A stretch of 64,000 nucleotides of DNA, taken from assembly GCF_018977255.1 (NCBI RefSeq), contig NW_024704742.1:83330001-83394000 (forward strand), read 5' to 3'. This document shows positions 50,901 to 62,972 of the stretch, in pieces (the first letter of the stretch is position 1; every line of letters begins with the position of its first letter). The DNA is from Callorhinchus milii (taxonomy: Eukaryota). The notes below the pieces were generated by a model that saw only the letters and a program-made list of their open reading frames with translations, ran no database searches and was not told the DNA's origin. A program made the position numbers and the translations under genes.

Positions 50901-52879
50901 AATACTTGGCTTGAAAGTTGTGGGATAGTAGAAGGGAGAAAATAAACTGAACTGACTAATGAAGAACCATTGCTTCCACGTAAGAGAAACATGCCTGGAG
51001 GAACTTAACTTGCCAGGTTTAGTTTCTGTTTGGACTGATCCACCTCAAAACAGAGGACTGATCCTCTTCTTAAAGAGGAGGCACACAAGTACTTCCTATA
51101 AAACAGCATTTGAGGGCCATAAGATTTTGGTAGTGGTTGTTCCAAATGGACCACTTGCATCTCAGAACGCTGAACAATACCGGAGTTTGACATTGAAGCA
51201 GGGAGGAAGCGGAGGTGGCCATATGCATGGTCAAAGAGGAAAATCATCTGATGTGATTTGAAAACAGGTAAAGAGAGAGCAAAGCAGAGGAATTGAGGCA
51301 GGATGGTCCAGAGGTCCGGAGTGCAGGTGCTGAAGGCACGGCTGCCGATGGTGGAGTGGTGCCAAATGGACAGGTCTTTTTAAATATTGAAAGGATCATG
51401 GCATTATTTGGATGAAGCACGCAGTGATTGGAAGTGAGTTGCCAGTCGACATGAGGTCATTAGCTCAGGATACTTGAGGGATGGTCTCATTTCAACAATT
51501 CACCTATGTACTTTTTTGAAACAGTAACTCCTCCAGATTAGCTGCTCTGTGTGTGCCATTAACACTCAGTTCGATAAAAATATTCAGGAAAATAAACAGA
51601 TGATTTTACAGTTCAGTACTTAAAAGCGATACCAAAGGTATGAATCAAAAGACAGCACTTTTAAAGTAAAATACAGTCAATACAACCAATATGCCATCTC
51701 ATTTGTACTACTGAATTCACACTTAGATATAAGTTCTTAGAGCCATTTATCTTTGTGAAAGGCTCTATATACAAGTGCAAGTTGTTACTGTAAGTGATTT
51801 CCACAAGTTATTAATGACATGTTTTTCATACCTAAAAGATAAGTCATTGGTATGAAAAGCTATGTAAGGGATCAAACAAAATGCTATCAGCATTTTAAAA
51901 GGATAGCACATATTTTCTCTGTGTTTGCGCACGCATGGCGTATTTATGTATGACAAGTAAATTTTACATTTATGTACTCAGACAAAATGTTTACAGGCAA
52001 AATTAACTTTAATCAAAACGCCACAGCAGATCCACAATATAACATCACTTAAGGAACATGATTATGAAGCGACAACACACTTTAATGTGTTTCACAATCT
52101 GCCATAGAATTAAGTAACACATTTGATGCTCTTGAAACAGAATAAGACAAAACAAATGTAAGTGCAGAAAAAATACATTTAATAGAATGTAGTCAAACAT
52201 TTACTCAAGGAACTATCAGCATTTTGAGCCTGAATAAATTAGATTCTGTAGAATTAATTAATCTAGAAAGCCTAGGCGCTTTCCTAAACCATATCGACTA
52301 TTGCGAGACAGAGGGAGAAAAATAAATAATTTCCTATTAATAAAACTTTGTTCCCAGATAAGCCCTCCTCTGTATTGTGCCTTCTGGGATTGACCGATTG
52401 TGTTATATAGGCAAACACCTACAAATTCTTGGCATAATACTTTGTTTGAAGCATTGGAACTCATAATATAATTCACATTTGACCTCTTTCCCTATACATC
52501 TACTTTACCTAACTGATTTACAATCTGCCTCTTTATTAAATATGCTTGCTCATTCCTGCAGAATGTAAATTGAGGAACCAATGTGATAATAATCCAGATA
52601 TGTTTGGAATATAAAAATCGTCTCACTGCAGAGGTCATACTTGTTTTATATCAGAGATGAAGTTCCAGTAACCCCTCAATAAGTAACATTCCTCAACACT
52701 TTCAGGACAAGAGCACTGGGAGCAGGAGGCAAATCAGGATGGAAAAATAGACCTATCAGCACAGGGAAAACGATAGGCAAATGTGGGAGAAGAAAACAGT
52801 GCCACTGTATAATGACATCCTTGAGAGAAGGTGATGAATTCAAGCGAAAATAATGCATTGAAATCCAAACATTACATTA

Positions 52880-53366
52880 CTGCTCTCCCGATAGTCCAGT
52901 GGGTGAAGAGAACTAGGCCCTCCAAACCATAAGGTTTCATGTTTAATAATAATAATAATAATCCTTGCATTTGATATAGCGCTTTTCACGTCGGGAGGAC
53001 GTCCCAAAGCGCTTCACAGAACACACTGTAAAGTGAATTGACTGTATTTTTGTGGGCGAACGCGGCAGCCAATTGCGTACAGCAATGTCAATGTTAAGTA
53101 GCTGATCTCAGCCAGGGATGCACAAGAGGCATTGCAATTTTCATTGCTGCCTCTGAGTTAGGGAGGAGAAAATGAGTCAGGGTGCTTACCCCTAATTACC
53201 CAGTCACGCCTGCTAAATTCACGGATATGTCAAACCAGTAATTATTGAATTGGGCTTCATGGCTCATATGTGAAGAAAGGCCTCTTGGTGAGATTTGCCT
53301 GTGATCTTACTGCAGTAGAACAGCCTCAAAATGTCTTCAGGAAAGGAGAAAAGGAAAGAAAATTGC
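52880..53366 (+). mobile_element. ancient SINE (AmnSINE2-like) split by a young SINE 3' fragment at ~52943-53092 (-)
   Basis: agctgatctcagccaggg...gttagggaggagaaaatgagtcaggg...ggctcatatgtgaagaaaggcctcttgg...ttcaggaaaggagaaa. Family name recalled from memory. Confidence 0.45.
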
Positions 53367-56300
53367 CTCTACAATGGTAGTTGAACCCTGGTCTTCCATT
53401 GGGAAAATTTAAAAACTGTCAAGGGCATTGTTAATTGATGCAAGATAAATAAGAATTATGTCATGTAAAACGTTTTGAATTCTTGCCCAAAGGGCAAATT
53501 CTCCTCTTTAATTATACATAGAAAAAGCAGTCAAATCCTGTCCTATTATCTCATAAAAGAATAATATTTGACAATTAATCTGTTTGGCTAATATACCTCA
53601 TGATAAATGCATAAGAGGAAAAACTCCATCTGCATGAATCAGGAAAGGCTTTAACTTGCATTGAGATGAACTAGGAATACTCTCATGCAGATGTACCATA
53701 CATTCCATGTATGATTTATTGTTGCAGACTTGGATTTAATTTACATCAGGTTTAGTTATTGTTACAATTCTGATGAGGAAAAGATGATAGACATTGTTGT
53801 ACCATCAGTACGTGAAAAGTATTCACAGTGGCAGTACAGTACTTCAATGCTTCATTAAAACTTTACCTATGGCACAAATACAAATATAAAACCTGCTTAT
53901 TATGAATATCCACATTTTAATCTTTTGTTAGTCAAGTTCAGGTGGAATCAATTGAACCCAGCATTGCCTTAAGCCAAAATAATGAAAGCATGTCTATGCA
54001 TCCATCAAATCTATTATATATTTTTTAAAACATCCAAAACATTTGCTTGAAAGTCAGTCACTAATTTATTTTTAGGTGATGCTCATAGCTGAATGTCAGA
54101 GTGGAAAACTCAAGTGAATTTCCAGTTCAGGAAACAGTTTCTCCATCATAAACCTTGCAAATAGGTGCGGTATTGATAATTTCTTTCTGCTCTTTGCTTC
54201 ATCAAATTTGATCAATAATGCTCAATTCAGCAGCCTCTTGATATGATGACATATTTTCGTTAAGACAAGAGTTCATTATAAAAAGGCTCACACTGCAACT
54301 AGAATTGATGGGCTCCATTGAAAGAACAACAACTTCAACAACAATTTGCATTTATATTGCGCCCCTCACACAACGCAGTGACCCAGAGCGCTTGAAAAGC
54401 TGCTAGAGACAAATATCTTCTAGCTTGTCTTGCAAAACTACAATAACAACAATTTACACTTATATAGGGTGTATTGAGAATGCCTTAAAAGCACTTCACA
54501 AATATGGAATGGGAGGCCAAGCCTGGAGGGAAATGGATGGTAGGGGGAGCTAAATGAGAATTCAAACCTGTTCAAACCTGTTTTAGACAGGTTTTGAAAG
54601 TAGAGAGGGAGTGCTGGATCCATTCAAATTTCCACGACTGAGGTGGATATATTTTTGTTAAGTAAAGATATATATTGGAGTTGAGGTACAGATCAGCCAC
54701 GATCTAATAGAACGTGGAATAAGCTCAAGGGCTGCAGAGCCTATCCATGTTCCTATGAGTGAGTGAGGCAAGAGAGAATTTGAAAGGGAGCTCCAGAGAG
54801 CAGAGGCAAAGTGGCTGTCAGGTCACCTGTGAACACTGGATGGATTAGGCAGTGGTGTGAAGTGGATCAGAGTAAAATTTTCTTTTTACTATTTTCAATA
54901 AACACCAGCCTGAAAAGGGCACCAGGAAACTATAAGTTTTATCGCTTTTATTTATGGTAACTCAAAAAAAACACAAAGCAAACCTTTCTGAAAGAGATCA
55001 ACTGGGCTGAAAGCATAACAATAAAGACACTGCAAATACCCATTTCAGAAAGGATATCTTCTGCAAAAGAAGTTCTTCCACAAATAAACAGTCACTACAC
55101 TTAACATTAAAAATCTTGTGAAGCACTTTTAAATTTTCGGCTAGGTAATAAGGCACAATATCAAAAGCTAGGATCATTATTTTTTAAAAGTACTTAACAG
55201 GATTTTAACACTTAAATACAGGCCCTATCTTAGGAAGTTCGTTACTCCTTAATCAAAAAGTAATACATGTATTATCTTTTTAAGATCTTTTCTTTCATCC
55301 AACACATATATGTCTCTTTCCATTGTATTCAGAAACTAGCTATGAATGCATGCAGAAATGCAGTACAGGATGACTCTCCCTGCCTGTGGGAGTACCATAT
55401 GGTTTCTGCTTGGTACTGTTCTGCTATAGCACAACTGAGATAAGCAACGTGTTTAGAGGTTTGTGAGTGAACCCACATCCTACTATTCAGCGACAGGCTA
55501 ACACAACATGTTGTTTAACACCATCTGTTGTGGCAGATATCGAAAAGATTGGCTTTGAGAAACAGCCCTATGGTGCAGTTGAATCCATTCTCAGCATGCA
55601 ATCCTGATATAAATTCCTTGCAACATCATGACACACAAAAATTGTGCCAAGCCTTAATTTTTTCCTTTAACGACCCATAGTTAGCCAAGCTATAATGAAT
55701 CAAAGTTGCACGCAAGTCAGATTATGCAACTTTGTTTGTCTTGAACTAGTGCAATTAAAATAATTCTATTGCAGTTAGGTCTGTGTGACAAATTGCACAA
55801 TCTCTTTTTACAACACTGCCATCTGCTGTATATATGTAATACAGAATTTTGTTTCACCGAGTACATTCCAAACTTGTCATCCGAAATACTCAGAATGCTG
55901 TCGTCCTTCCTTAATTGATTTTAGTTTTATCTGATAGAATTCCCCCAAAACGTCTTCTTCTATGAAAAATCAAATTGAAAATTATAGAACCGTTTCTTAG
56001 AAACCTCAAGAAATAAAACCTAGGCATTATTAAAGTAGCAGTTGGTTCTAATTAGTAATACAACACCTCAAGATATTTATTGATAGCCCACAAATACGTT
56101 TTAAATCCTTCTACTTTTTAATGGTTTCCGAGTCTACTGCATGAATCGTTCCAAAGATAAATGCTGCCGTTCTCAGAGTTCTTGTCATGTCATTTTAGCA
56201 CATGTCATTTTAGCACAGTTGGTAGCACTCTCAAAAGTAACCTCTGGATCAGAAGGTTGCAGGTTCAAACGCCACTTTGGTAATTCGCCGAGTGTTACAG

Positions 56301-56991
56301 CCAACAATCCTCCAGGTAAATCGCATGGCTGTTGGTGGGAGTCTGCCATGTATTTATCTATACAGAAGTCACCATTGTTGCACTTTGAAACTTTTTTGCC
56401 CACCAAATATACAGTCAATTCTAGTATATTATAGTATAATCTGTGAAGCACCTTGAGACATCTAGAAGACGTGATAAGGCGCTATATCAAATGCAAGGCT
56501 TATTATTATTATTTATGTATAAGGCACTACAAAATGCAAGTTCTTGTTTACTTTATCCGGAGATACAAGGAGGCTGGTTTATCGAGTTGTACCTCTATAG
56601 CAGCAACTGTGCCTTGCAGTTCTTAAGTAACTACCTCTTGTCAATATTGAGTCATTTCCAGCACTTTGTTGCCCTCTTGGGAATTGACAGAATTTTTTGT
56701 CAGCCAGATGTCTGACACGTGACACCGCTATGTTTCAGAGTATCCAAACCTGACTGAATTCTACATATGCATGTCACCTCGACATGGACATTTCCCATTT
56801 ACCTGGAATATATTGCACACTTTCTCACAGGAGGGACACAACGTCTGGCAAACTTCCAGCTTGTCCAGCTGGGGCTATCTTATCTTTATGTTTTTTTTTA
56901 CAGGAGCCAAGTTTGAAAAATATCTGTCCCTATTGACTGGTCTGTTCCTCTATGTGCTGTTGACTAGCCGGGCTGGCCGATCTGTTATCAG

Positions 56992-57676
56992 CAGGGCCAA
57001 TAGAAAATTGCAGAAATATTTGCCGAAAGTTGCAGGGAATTTTGACAAATTTTATGGAAAATTACAGAGGGGTTGATTGGTGCTATTGAGGTACATTTTA
57101 CTGCCAACCTACATTTTTTTGCTTTATTGATAAAAACTAAACATGAAGAAATAACTCATATTAGATTTGAAGGTCTGGAGATCCTCAAACACCAGCACTG
57201 TATACCAAGCTCGCCAGTTCCTGACTGCGGGGCTCCAGGTCACCACCTCCTGCCTCTCGGGGCTGCCACTGCACAAACACAGAGACACACACACACAGAA
57301 AGAAAGACGCAAACACACTCACAGACACAGAGACACAAACACAAGACACAGAGAGACACGGACACTCAGAGAGAGACACACACTCACAGACACAGAGAGA
57401 CACACACAGACACCGAGGCACACACTCACAAACACACACATACAGAGGATAGAAAGATCCAAAGATAATCTCAACAGCGGGGCCTCAGGCTCAGCCCATT
57501 TCCCGATCGCACTGCACGCGCTTGTGCATCCAGAGCTGCTCCGCCCACAGTAGCGATGTTGAGCAAACAGTCGGTGGCAACACATAGAGGCCCGGGGCCC
57601 CGAGCTCACTGTGCCTTTATATATTTTTAGTGGAGGAGGTATTTGTAGTGGATTCCACGGAAAGATTGCGGCCTAG
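56992..57676. mobile_element. non-autonomous hAT-like DNA transposon
   Basis: Exact 8-bp target duplication gttatcag (56984-56991 and 57677-57684). Ends cagggcc / ggcctag, with subterminal ttgc(a/g)g repeats. Confidence 0.65.
57270..57446. repeat. degenerate CA/GA low-complexity repeat
   Basis: Directly visible. It produces several spurious ORFs. Confidence 0.9.
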
Positions 57677-57949
57677 GTTATCAGCAATATATTGGAGTAT
57701 TGTGGAGGCATCTGGCTCAACAACTGGATGACTGAGACTGCAACAGAGTGTTGACTTGATTCTAATATTTGTTATTAAGCATGTCATCTTGGAGCCAGCT
57801 TAGCCCCAAAGAGACACCTCCCAAAGGAATTTTGTCACTAACAGGTCATTTGATATCCAACAGGTACAGGTTTAAGCCCTCACTAGGTGAATACCAGGTA
57901 CCAGGAACTCCCTGCAAGCTTCCTAAAAGCAGTAAAGCTCAACAACAAT

Positions 57950-58310
57950 AATGATAATAATAACTCTTGCATTCTATATAGCGCCTTATTATGTCTTCGA
58001 GACGTCTCAAAGTGCTTCCCCAGAATATGCTGTAAAGTGAACTGACTGTTTATTTTGTGAGCAAAATGCGGCAGTCAATTGCGCACAGCAGTGTCCCACA
58101 TACAGTCATAGATTGAAGTGACCAATTTATTGTTCTTATTTTTTTAAGAAATTATTACCCCCAGAAAAGCGATCCGCCAATCGACTAACAACCAGGTTCC
58201 TACTAACTGCTAAATAAGGAAACTTGCCCAACATTTCGCCCTTCCTGGAAACGAACCCAGGTCTCTCGCTTGCGAGGCGATTGCTCTAACCACTGAGCTA
58301 AAGGATTCCA
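57950..58310 (-). mobile_element. full-length tRNA-SINE
   Basis: Tail, body and head present. Confidence 0.9.
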
Positions 58311-60360
58311 CTCCAATGGAATGGGTGACAGCAGTGTCACCACCATTTGGGGCATACACTTCTCTATCCATTGAGTGCTGGCTTCACTTGTTAGAATTGT
58401 GGAGCTTGAGCAGAAGTTGCTGACCTCTCTGCATACCAATCAAGATAGATACTAGGCCCTGAATATATAAGATTGACGGTAGGTACTTGCTGTATGAGCT
58501 GTATGACTAAGGATCCAGTTGGAAACCAATGGTCGAGTATTTGAGTTAAAATTACCTCATACTCTGAGGAGCCAAACCATTTAAAATTGGAAAGATGTTC
58601 AACCCTTTGAGGGATCTGTTTTGTCAACAAGGATACAGAATGGGTGGGAAGTCTTCAGATTTCTTAGGTACTACCAAGACATGGTAGTAATTGCATAACT
58701 CTCTAGAACGAAGCCCACTGCTCTGGTTACCAGTACGTTTATTTCAGACAGTTGTCACACGCTGGTTCAGGTCACAGTCACCTGACATTTAGGAGGTTCT
58801 CCTGTTAAATGTAATGAGTGCCCTCTGCTCCGAGCGCTCTGAGATGCTACCTTGCATGGATAAGTGTTAGTTGTTGTTGCTCCTGGCTTCTAGAACCCAC
58901 ACAATGTTATGGCCTTCCGCTATGTTGTAAATCTACCACCCAGGTTCTGCACTACCATCAAATTAAGGTACTTGTATCGGAGTCTCTTGAAAGCTTTCTC
59001 CTTGATAATTATCCTTGCATTTTTGACTTTGATATAGCACTTTGTCACATCTTCAAGACGTCTCAAAACGATTCACAGAATACCCTGTAAAGTGAATTGA
59101 CTGTATATTTTTTGGGCGAAACAACACAATAACTAACTAACTTCTCTTTCCACATGAAAAAAAGAGTACCTGCAACACAGTTGGCTAAACCATCAGTGTT
59201 GTCATTGGCCTTCAGTTCCATGAACGAGGTTTAGAAATCAGCCTGGGAGAACAGTTTTCCCCTTTGTGACAGTTGGAGACACATGTAAATTGACCTCTGG
59301 TAGACGCAATCTACTCCTCAGCAACTGGAGTTCATAGTAATCTGGAAACAAAATGAAATTAGACACCCAGTTTCACACTCACTGAGGGACTAATAGGAAT
59401 TGGATGCAGAGAATGGAAAAATATTACCTTGAGTTAGCTAAGGGAGGAGAGAGGAAATTGGTGTACACTTTTTCAACTATTTTTTATACAGAACAGAACT
59501 TGATACAATGTGTAGCATTTCTCAGAATTATACATCGCCAGAGTACTGTATTTAAAAGTGTTATTGAGGCTATTTGCATGACATCGCTAAGACAGTGACA
59601 CATTGGAATTTGACAAGTACATCAAACAGATATATCAATGTCTGTCAACATATTACAAATTTAAAAATCTAGAGGTAGGGGGTGAACGATTTGCTAATAT
59701 ACTAACGCACATCAATGTTTGCAAGACATACTGTTTGACAGAAATAAAATAAGTCTGGTTTACCTGCTGACTGTGAAGTCTGTCAAACGATATTAAATCT
59801 GCACAACATCAGTTCCACATAGCGTGGGGTGATGTGATCTCTCTTCCTGTTCTCAATTCCACTGTACATGCAATTCATTTTTAAAGATTATGGTTGGTTG
59901 AATGGTGGTATCTCTACACAAGTCTCACCTAAATCATCCCAATATTAAAATCTTACACAAATAATGCTACCAACATTGAAAAGTGCTTCCGAAAGTAAAC
60001 AACAACAAAATTTCATTTATGTGGCGCCTTTCACAACCCAAGGCACTGGACAGTTAAAGGTCTGCATTCAAACTGGGGATTGAATCAAGAGGGGTGGAGG
60101 GTAGAGGGAGTGAAAGGGTGGCTGAAAGCACAATCAAAGAGGAAATTCTTGAGAGGGGCCTTGAAGGATGCAAAGAAGGGGGCAAGGCGGAGGGATTTCA
60201 ATGGAATTCCGGATGGAGTTCAAGTGGGTGAAGGCAAAGAAGCTGTGGCCCGACTGTCAATGGTGAGGCGGGGGACATGAAGCAGGCCAATGTCCGACAA
60301 GTGATGAGAGGAGTCAGGTTGGCATGGTGTTAATGGAAGCACAAAGGTAAAAAAAAGGGA

Positions 60361-60620
60361 GAGGGACTGGGAGGCATGGTGGATTTACAGTCCAACCTTT
60401 TATCTCTGTGACCTGATTTGAATCCACTCCAGACTGATGGAATAAAGGTTTCTCTAGCTGAAAGGATCCTATGGAGAATATGTTTGGTACTCAATAAAGT
60501 TCTTTGTGGGTACGGCCTCACAGCACAAAACCAACTTTAATTCAGCATTAATTGACAATCCCTCGCAGACTATCTGGATATGTAGTGCAAAAAAAAAGTC
60601 ATTCTATCCCAATCACCACT
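60361..60620 (+). mobile_element. LF-SINE-like ancient SINE remnant
   Basis: Colinear motifs gggactgg / ccttttatctct / ttgaatcca / cctatg / cacagcacaaaacca / cattaattg resemble the LF-SINE consensus as I recall it. Confidence 0.4.
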
Positions 60621-61200
60621 ACTCTTGGGAGAAAAGAAAATCTACTCTCTTCCTTGAGGCTTGTTAATTTTGAAACTGTGTCCTCCAGTTTTGCTTACCA
60701 GACAAATCAAATACCCTCCTTATGCCACCTGCGCCTCTCAGTCCTCTCAGTCAGCAATTGCCTAATTCAGACCCTACAAATTGGCTGTGAGACGAGCAAT
60801 TGCAAAGTGATTCACACTGGATTGTTCATGCCAAAACATGAGGTAGTTTTACCAGGACATGTTGTCACACTGCTGCAGTACAAATGCAGGCTGGCTCATG
60901 TCAATTCAACCTCCACTTAAAATAAACTACCTTTCCCTTAAAAACAATGGACTTTTAAGTTACTGTTCTTAATATTTAAAAAGAGCTGCATTAGTGAGCA
61001 CTGCAGATGCACACAATTGTTCTTCTTCACCGCTGCTGACAGCAATGTGGGACAGGAAGTATAAATCAGGCCTCCTGCTCTGAACTGCTGGAAGCAACGT
61101 CACATCACATCCAGCAGTATAAACACCTGCACCATATTTGTCCCCATTTGTCTTTTCTCTGCTGAAATTGATTCCAGCTCTGCCAGTCATCTCTCATGAA

Positions 61201-61518
61201 GTACTGTAGCTCAGTGGTTAGAGCACTCGCTTTGCAAGTGAGAGACCTGAGTTCAATTCCAGGCAGAGGGCGAAACCTTGTGCAAGTTTCCTTACTCCAC
61301 ACGCCTAATAATAATCCCTCCAAAAAAACAAAACAATAATAAATGGTCATTTTCAATCCATGACTGTTTGTGGGACACTGCTGTGCGCAATTGGTTGCCA
61401 CATTCGCCCACAAATATACAGTCAATTCACTTTACAGTATATTCTGTGAAGCGCTTTGGGACATCTAGAAGACGTGAAAAGTGCTATATCAAATGCAAGG
61501 ATTATTATTATTATTATA
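61201..61518 (+). mobile_element. tRNA-SINE
   Basis: Head gtagctcagtggttagagcactcg through to an (ATT)n tail. Confidence 0.9.
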
Positions 61519-62024
61519 ACTTGAAATTCTCGGGCATGGAATCCACCTTACTGCTCTTTTCTAAACTAATTTAAAAACATATTAATTAATAGCCTTGACC
61601 AGAATCGCTTCACAGCATCTAGAAACTTTCAGTGAATGATCAATTGACATCAAATCTTTTACTACCTTTCCAAACAATACCTCTTCATTACGTCCACATT
61701 TCACATTCCAATATGCATTACATTACTTTCCAATAAAGTCAGTCTTCTATTTGGTCCAGATCCTTTTAGATCCTCAGTTTGCTTGATGAGAAGACAGTAT
61801 ATGCTTCCCCTTCAAATCATTTGGACACCAAAAAGTATTTCCGTACACAGAAAGGTAATGAACAGCTGTAACAGGTTACCAGGTAGGGTGGTAGAGGATA
61901 CATTTCAGAAACAGCTTGATTCTGTAATGGGAACATGGTAGGATTGCTATTCTGGAAGTATAAATGGGCTGAAAGATCTCTTCTTCAAATCTCTCTTGCA
62001 ATCACCAAGCATAAACTTCATGAA

Positions 62025-62137
62025 GTTCGCAAGTTCTGATGAAGGGTCGTGGACCCGAAACGTTGACTCACTTTCCTTTCTCCATAGATGCTGCCTGACC
62101 TGCTGAGTTTTCCCAGCTCTCTCTGCTGTTGTTTTAG
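62025..62137 (+). mobile_element. short Penelope-like (pLTR-type) retroelement insertion carrying the hammerhead
   Basis: Hammerhead followed by cagatgctgcctgacctgctgagttttcccagc-like sequence, a repeat I recognise from chondrichthyan genomes. Flanked by the 10-bp direct repeat acttcatgaa (62015-62024 and 62138-62147). Confidence 0.6.
62032..62068 (+). ncRNA. minimal type I hammerhead ribozyme motif
   Basis: AGUU (stem I) - CUGAUGA - A - GGGUC gug GACCC (stem II) - GAAA - CGUU^ - GACU (stem I'). All core nucleotides are present, and stem III is reduced to the palindrome ACGU. Confidence 0.75.
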
Positions 62138-62329
62138 ACTTCATGAAACTTGTCACTGATGTCACTGACCCAAAGCACTGTTTCTACTTATCACCTTATC
62201 ATCAGTCATGCACCTCTACAGTAGAATTGTGACCTTCACCAGATATATCAAATCTAAAGTCATAACAATCCTAAAAATAATGACAAAGTGTACAATTATG
62301 ATGAGTGCTCAAAAATCCTCAATTGGAAC

Positions 62330-62972
62330 ACCTTTTTGTTTTCTTCCACCTCCGACGTCACCCGTCTCCGCCAATCACCCGTCTCCGCCAATACCTCTCC
62401 CCAAAAGCCACTGAAACCCTCTTCCATGCCTTTGTCACCTCTCAGCTACTCTAATGCCCTCCTCGCCGGTCTCCCATCCACTACCATTCATAAAATCCAA
62501 ATCATTCGAAACTCTGCCGCCCGCATCTCACCCGCATGAAACTCCACTCCCCGATTGCCCCAGTCCTTGCCAGACTGCACTGGCTGCCTATCCCAGAGAG
62601 GATCGATTTCAAGATCCTCACCCTTGTATTCAAGTCCCTGCACTCCTCTGCACCCCCCTACCTCTCTGACCTCCTCTCTCCTCAAAACAGTGCCCGTTGC
62701 CTTCGTTCCTCTGGGTATGGCCTCCTCCTTGTCCCCCGAGTCCTCCTCTCCACCCTCAGTGGCCGTGCCTTCAGCCACTATGCCTCGAGGCTCTGGAACT
62801 GCCTTCCTCACTCCCTCCCTATTTTCAGGTCTCTGCTGAAGACCTTTCTTTTCGACCGCGCCTTTGGTCACCTTCCTCCCCCTCCCTCGGCCCCGGGATC
62901 CGTTACTGTGAAGCGCTCTGAGACTCCGTCCAGCATGGAGGGCGCTATATAAATCCAAGTTGTTGTTGTTAT
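62330..62972 (+). mobile_element. L2 3' fragment, third subfamily
   Basis: IQIIRNSAAR...LHWLPIPERIDFKILTLVFKSLH...GRAFSHYASRLWN...LKTFLFDRAF, with a GTT tail. Confidence 0.9.

Noticed and set aside
57073..57609. Overlapping ORFs rich in T/H/R or C/V/S
   Set aside because: Translation of a CA/GA microsatellite.
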